Origin: Anaerolineales bacterium
GTDB taxonomy: Bacteria > Chloroflexota > Anaerolineae > Anaerolineales > UBA11858
DNA length: 64,000 nucleotides
Direction of reading: 5' to 3'
Assembly: GCA_024763275.1 (NCBI GenBank)
Contig: JANTFT010000003.1
Location: 43,669 to 107,668, forward strand
Each line of letters opens with the position of its first letter. Position 1 is the first letter of the stretch. This document shows, in pieces, positions 59,503 to 64,000 of this stretch. A program made the translations under genes and the position numbers. Below the pieces are notes generated by a model. The model was given only the letters and a program-made list of their open reading frames with translations. It was not told the DNA's origin and did not search any database.

Positions 59503-59595
59503 CGCCCTGCTTGATAATTGAACAGCGATAATGAGAATTGAGATCGGTGGAAAGAGATCCCCTTCAGGGGATTTCCCCTCAGCCGGGAGGTTTAT

Positions 59596-59820
59596 GTGTC
59601 AACATATCTGAACATTGGTTTGATCATCACTTCGGTCGCCCTGATAACCAGCGTCATTCTGCAGAGCAAGGGAGCTGGCCTGGGCGGTTTAACTGGCGTT
59701 GATACCGGTGGCGTATTCTCTGCCCGCCGGGGCATTGAAAAGACCCTTTTCCGGGTCACCATTGGACTCAGCGTATTGTTTTTTGGATTGGCAATTGCCA
59801 CAGTAATTGTAACAGTTTAA
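59596..59820 (+). CDS. secG: Preprotein translocase subunit SecG
   Basis: VILQSKGAGLGG...RRGIEKTL; 2 TM; GGAGG RBS. Confidence 0.92.
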   Translation: MSTYLNIGLIITSVALITSVILQSKGAGLGGLTGVDTGGVFSARRGIEKTLFRVTIGLSVLFFGLAIATVIVTV

Positions 59821-59950
59821 TAAAAAGACTGGCCTGGTTTGACCAGAATGCCATGCTGAAAAATTGCCGGAAAATATGGGTCTCCATGTTTTCCGGTTAG
59901 GTTTAACCCCCCAGGGGAGCGATGGGCACCAAACCGGCAGGAAATTTTTC

Positions 59951-61657
59951 ATGAACTTGATAAAAAAACTTCGCTGGCAGATCCTGATCATCCTGCTTGC
60001 CCTGGCTGTGATTGGCTTTGTGCTTTGGGGACAGCAAGCTGAACCGGTGCTTGTCGAAGCCCCGGAACCTACCAGCGGCGGGGTGTATGTAGAAGGTATT
60101 GTCGGATCCCTGGTACGTTTGAATCCGCTGCTGGCAGTATTCAATCCTCCCGACCAGGATCCAGTCAGCCTGCTGTACAGTGGGTTGATCAAGTTTGACA
60201 GCACCGGTCTTCCCCAGCCGGACCTGTCGAACGCCTGGGGGATTTCCAGGGACGGTGACGTTTATAATTTTTCCCTGAGGAGCGATGCTTTCTGGCATGA
60301 TGGAGAGCCGGTCACCAGTGAGGATGTGGTCTTTACTGTCAATCTGCTGAAAGATCCTGATTTCCCGGTGCCTGAGGATCTGGCGGCTTTTTGGGAGGAA
60401 ATTGAGGTAATTGCCCTGAACGAACGAACCCTGCAGTTCAGGCTGCCGGAGGCATTTTCTCCCTTCCTGGACTACCTCGATTTCGGCATTTTGCCTGCTC
60501 ATCTGTTTAAAGGGATGACAGCTGCGGAGATTGTCGATGCACCCTTTAACCTGCAGCCGGTAGGCACCGGTCCTTTCCAGTTCGAGCAGCTGATCGTCGA
60601 GGACGACCGTATTACCGGTGTGGTGCTGAAGAAGAACCCTGATTATTATGGGGATGAGGCATTTCTGGATCAGGTGGCCTTCCGGTATTATCCGGATTCT
60701 GCCGCGGTCTGGAAAGCTTACCAGGATGGAGAGGTACAGGGTGTGGGGGAATTATCAGACGATATCCTGGAAGAAGCCCTGCTGGACGAGAGTCTTAATG
60801 TTTATACCAGCCGCCTGCCGGAAATGACACTGGTGCTGCTTAACCTGGATAACCCCCAGGTGCCCTATTTCCAGGAAGTGGACATGCGCAAGGCGCTGAT
60901 GCAGGGCATCAACCGCCAGTATTTGGTAGACCACATCAACCACGGGCAGGCAATCATCGCTGACGGTCCGATCTTCCCCAAGACCTGGGCTTACTACGAA
61001 AACCTGCCCCGCTACCAGTATGACCCTGAGCTGGCTGTGAAGACCATTAAGGGTCTGGGCTACACCTTCCCGGCAGAGGGCGGGACTGCCCGGACCAACG
61101 AGGATGGTGACCGGTTGACCGTGGAGCTGCTCTACCCGGAAACTGGCCTGCATGCTCAGATAGCCCAGGCCATTCAAGAGAACTGGACTGCCCTGGGTTA
61201 TGACGTCACCCTGAAAGAGCTCCCTTACCAGGATCTATTGGAACGACTTGACGATCGGGACTATGAAGCCGCTTTGGTGGATTTGAACCTGACCAGCATG
61301 CCTGACCCGGATCCCTACCCCTTCTGGCATCAGACACAGGCCACAGGAGGCCAGAATTATTCCATGTGGAATGATCGCCGGGCCAGTGAGTATCTGGAAC
61401 AGGCCCGCATTATCCTTGATATCAACGAAAGAGCCCGCCTGTATAAAAATTTCCAGGTGCGCTTTTACGATCAACTGCCTGCATTGCCGCTGTACTATCC
61501 GGTTTATAACTACGGGGTCTCTTCAGAGGTCAAAGGAGTCCGGATCGGTCCGATCTTCGAACCCTCAGACCGTTTGGATACCATCACTGATTGGTATATC
61601 TTTGTGGAGGTGCCCGGAGGCCTGCAACCGACCGAGGAAGGTACAGCCGGGAAATAA
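59951..61657 (+). CDS. Peptide ABC transporter substrate-binding protein (SBP family 5)
   Basis: N-terminal TM anchor; WHDGEPVTSEDVVFT, PVGTGPF. Confidence 0.9.
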   Translation: MNLIKKLRWQILIILLALAVIGFVLWGQQAEPVLVEAPEPTSGGVYVEGIVGSLVRLNPLLAVFNPPDQDPVSLLYSGLIKFDSTGLPQPDLSNAWGISRDGDVYNFSLRSDAFWHDGEPVTSEDVVFTVNLLKDPDFPVPEDLAAFWEEIEVIALNERTLQFRLPEAFSPFLDYLDFGILPAHLFKGMTAAEIVDAPFNLQPVGTGPFQFEQLIVEDDRITGVVLKKNPDYYGDEAFLDQVAFRYYPDSAAVWKAYQDGEVQGVGELSDDILEEALLDESLNVYTSRLPEMTLVLLNLDNPQVPYFQEVDMRKALMQGINRQYLVDHINHGQAIIADGPIFPKTWAYYENLPRYQYDPELAVKTIKGLGYTFPAEGGTARTNEDGDRLTVELLYPETGLHAQIAQAIQENWTALGYDVTLKELPYQDLLERLDDRDYEAALVDLNLTSMPDPDPYPFWHQTQATGGQNYSMWNDRRASEYLEQARIILDINERARLYKNFQVRFYDQLPALPLYYPVYNYGVSSEVKGVRIGPIFEPSDRLDTITDWYIFVEVPGGLQPTEEGTAGK

Positions 61658-61676
61658 ATCTCCCGGCTGTTTTTTA
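61643..61676 (+). terminator. Intrinsic terminator
   Basis: ACAGCCGGGA...TCCCGGCTGT followed by a T tract, overlapping the stop codon. Confidence 0.8.
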
Positions 61677-61704
61677 TGTTTAGGTGAATAAGGGAAGGAT
61701 TGTT

Positions 61705-64000
61705 GTGAGCACTGATCATACATCACCCCGGCAGAACAGGGGACAACAAACTGAAAAATGGTTCGCCCTGAGCGGGGAAAAGGTCCTCGCCATGCTGGGA
61801 GTGGATCGGGAAAAAGGTCTATCCTCCGCAGAAGCGGGGAAACGCCTGGTGGTCTATGGGAGGAATGAGCTTAAGGAAGCTCCCCCTACCAGCATCTGGG
61901 TCAAGATCTATGAGCAGTTTGCCAATTTTGTGGTCGTTCTGCTGCTGGTAGCAGCGGTGATCTCCGCGGTCTTGCAGGATTGGGTGGAAGCTGCTGCCAT
62001 CATGACCATCGTCATTCTGAATGCCGGATTGGGTGTGCTCCAGGAGAGCAGGGCGGAGGAAGCCCTGGCGGCTTTAAAGAAGATGGCTGCCCCGGATGCC
62101 AACGTGCTCCGAGACGGCCACCGGATAGCTATCCCTGCCCGGGAAGTGGTCCCCGGGGACATTGTCTTCCTGGAAGCGGGCAATTTTGTCCCGGCAGACA
62201 TCAGGCTGCTGGAGACAGTGAACCTGAGGATCGAGGAAGCGGCTCTGACCGGTGAGTCCGTGGCAGTATCAAAGAACGCCATTCTAGCGCTGGAAGAAGA
62301 CGCTGATCTGGGCGACCGGAAAACCATGGCTTATACCGGGACAGTTGTCAGCTACGGTCGTGGTGTGGGTGTGGTTGTGAACATTGGGATGAGCACTGAG
62401 ATCGGTCAGATCGCTTCCATGCTGCAGGAAGTGGAAGAGGATGAAACCCCCCTGCAGAAGAAGCTGGATGGTTTTGGCCGCACCCTGGGTTGGGTGACTC
62501 TGGTGATCAGCGCGGTGGTTTTTATAGAAGGGATGCTTACAGGTACTGAACCGCTGGAAATGTTCATCATTGCCGTCAGTTTGGCCATTGCCGCTGTGCC
62601 AGAAGGCCTTCCGGCGGTGGTAACCATCACCCTGGCTCTGGGCATGCAGGAAATGATCGCCCGCAATGCCCTGATCAGAAGATTGTCCTCGGTGGAAACC
62701 CTGGGTTCTGCCACCATCATCTGCTCGGATAAGACAGGTACTTTGACCCAGAACGAGATGACGGTAACCAGCATCGCTGTGGATGGGGAATTCCTGGACA
62801 TCACCGGGACCGGATACAACCTGGACGGAGAATTCCTCCGGGACGGCAAACCGGTTGATCTGGCTGATTATCCAGGTATCCGGACAGCTTTATGGATTGG
62901 GGCATTGAACAACGACGCTGTGCTGGAAGCTGATTATGATGACCAGGGCAGGAAAACCATTCGCATGGTGGGAGATCCGACGGAAGGTGCGCTGCTGGTG
63001 GCTGCTGCCAAAGGAGGTGCTTTGCCAGCTCCTTTATCCCAGGCTTACCCGCGCATTGAGGAGATTCCCTTTGACTCCGAGCGCAAGCGCATGGTAACCG
63101 TGCATGCTATCAACAGTCCGGAGGCCGGGGATGTGTCCCCATTTTACGATCACAAGCAGCGAGCCTGGTATGTGGTAGCCCAAAAAGGCGCTCCGGATGT
63201 GGTACTGGAGCGCTGTACTCACTACCAGAACCGGGATGATCAGGCTGTGCCGCTCGATGCTGAACAGCGCCGGCGCATCCTGGCAGCCAATGATCGGATG
63301 ACCAGCCAGGCGCTGCGCGTGCTGGGTGTTGCCTACCGGGTGATCAAAGAATTGGAGTACCAGCAGAACGGCGATCTGCATGAGAATATCGAGCAGGAAC
63401 TGATCTTCGTGGGTTTGCTGGGCATGATCGATCCGGCCCGGCCTGAAGTGCTGCCTGCTCTGCAGTCCGCCCGGAACGCTGGCATCCGGACAGCTATGAT
63501 CACCGGCGATTATCCCAAAACCGCTGAGGCGATTGCCCGCGAGATCGGCTTACTGGAAGAAGGCCACCGGGTGCTTACCGGCAGGGAGCTGGATGAGATC
63601 CCGGACAACGACCTGGTGGAACTGGTGAACTACACCGACGTGTTCGCTAGAGTGTCCCCGGAGCATAAAGTTCGCATTGTGGATGCCTTAAAGGCCAATC
63701 ATGAGGTCGTGGCGATGACTGGTGACGGAGTTAACGACGCACCTTCTATCAAGAAAGCGGACATTGGCATTGCCATGGGCATCACCGGCACCGATGTGGC
63801 CAAGGAAACCGCGGATATGGTGCTCACCGATGATAACTATGCCAGCATCGTTTCCGCTGTTGAACAGGGGCGGGTGATCTACAGCAACATCCGCAAATTC
63901 GTTTATTTCCTGCTTTCCTGCAATATCGCTGAGATAGCCACCATCTTCCTGGCAACCATGGTGGGTTGGAAATCACCTCTCAGCGCCATCCAGCTCTTAT
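61705..64000 (+). CDS. Cation-translocating P-type ATPase (type IIA, Ca2+-like); truncated by the window edge
   Basis: Manual translation: LTGES, VPEGLP, DKTGTLT at 62728, GDPTE, KGAP, MTGDGVND; open frame to the window end. Confidence 0.93.
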   Translation, partial: MSTDHTSPRQNRGQQTEKWFALSGEKVLAMLGVDREKGLSSAEAGKRLVVYGRNELKEAPPTSIWVKIYEQFANFVVVLLLVAAVISAVLQDWVEAAAIMTIVILNAGLGVLQESRAEEALAALKKMAAPDANVLRDGHRIAIPAREVVPGDIVFLEAGNFVPADIRLLETVNLRIEEAALTGESVAVSKNAILALEEDADLGDRKTMAYTGTVVSYGRGVGVVVNIGMSTEIGQIASMLQEVEEDETPLQKKLDGFGRTLGWVTLVISAVVFIEGMLTGTEPLEMFIIAVSLAIAAVPEGLPAVVTITLALGMQEMIARNALIRRLSSVETLGSATIICSDKTGTLTQNEMTVTSIAVDGEFLDITGTGYNLDGEFLRDGKPVDLADYPGIRTALWIGALNNDAVLEADYDDQGRKTIRMVGDPTEGALLVAAAKGGALPAPLSQAYPRIEEIPFDSERKRMVTVHAINSPEAGDVSPFYDHKQRAWYVVAQKGAPDVVLERCTHYQNRDDQAVPLDAEQRRRILAANDRMTSQALRVLGVAYRVIKELEYQQNGDLHENIEQELIFVGLLGMIDPARPEVLPALQSARNAGIRTAMITGDYPKTAEAIAREIGLLEEGHRVLTGRELDEIPDNDLVELVNYTDVFARVSPEHKVRIVDALKANHEVVAMTGDGVNDAPSIKKADIGIAMGITGTDVAKETADMVLTDDNYASIVSAVEQGRVIYSNIRKFVYFLLSCNIAEIATIFLATMVGWKSPLSAIQLL

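Overview
A GC-rich bacterial chromosome segment, probably Chloroflexota/Anaerolineae. That assignment is inferred from the short EF-Ts, the FMN-riboswitch-controlled RibXY-type transporter, Elp3, the Cys-type CcmE and the secG-peptide-SBP order. Most of the window is core genome: rpsB-tsf-pyrH-frr-uppS-cdsA-glpX, clpC, lgt, thyA-folA, uvrB, secG, a complete ccm cluster, archease-rtcB and a P-type ATPase running off the right edge. I found no rRNA, tRNA, CRISPR array or intact mobile element. The main findings: (1) Elp3 is head-to-head with a methyltransferase that has Trm9/ALKBH8-like motifs, a candidate bacterial mcm5U34 tRNA pathway. (2) A 1085-aa SHMT-GcvT fusion carries an extra degenerate GcvT module. 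(3) An ECF sigma/anti-sigma/secreted PKD-repeat protein module has a duplicated promoter motif readable directly from the DNA. (4) A possibly structured leader precedes thyA-folA. (5) The ccm system combines Cys-type CcmE with CcmH/CcmG and includes a CcmD missed by the ORF track. All family calls come from motif recognition by eye; no searches were run.
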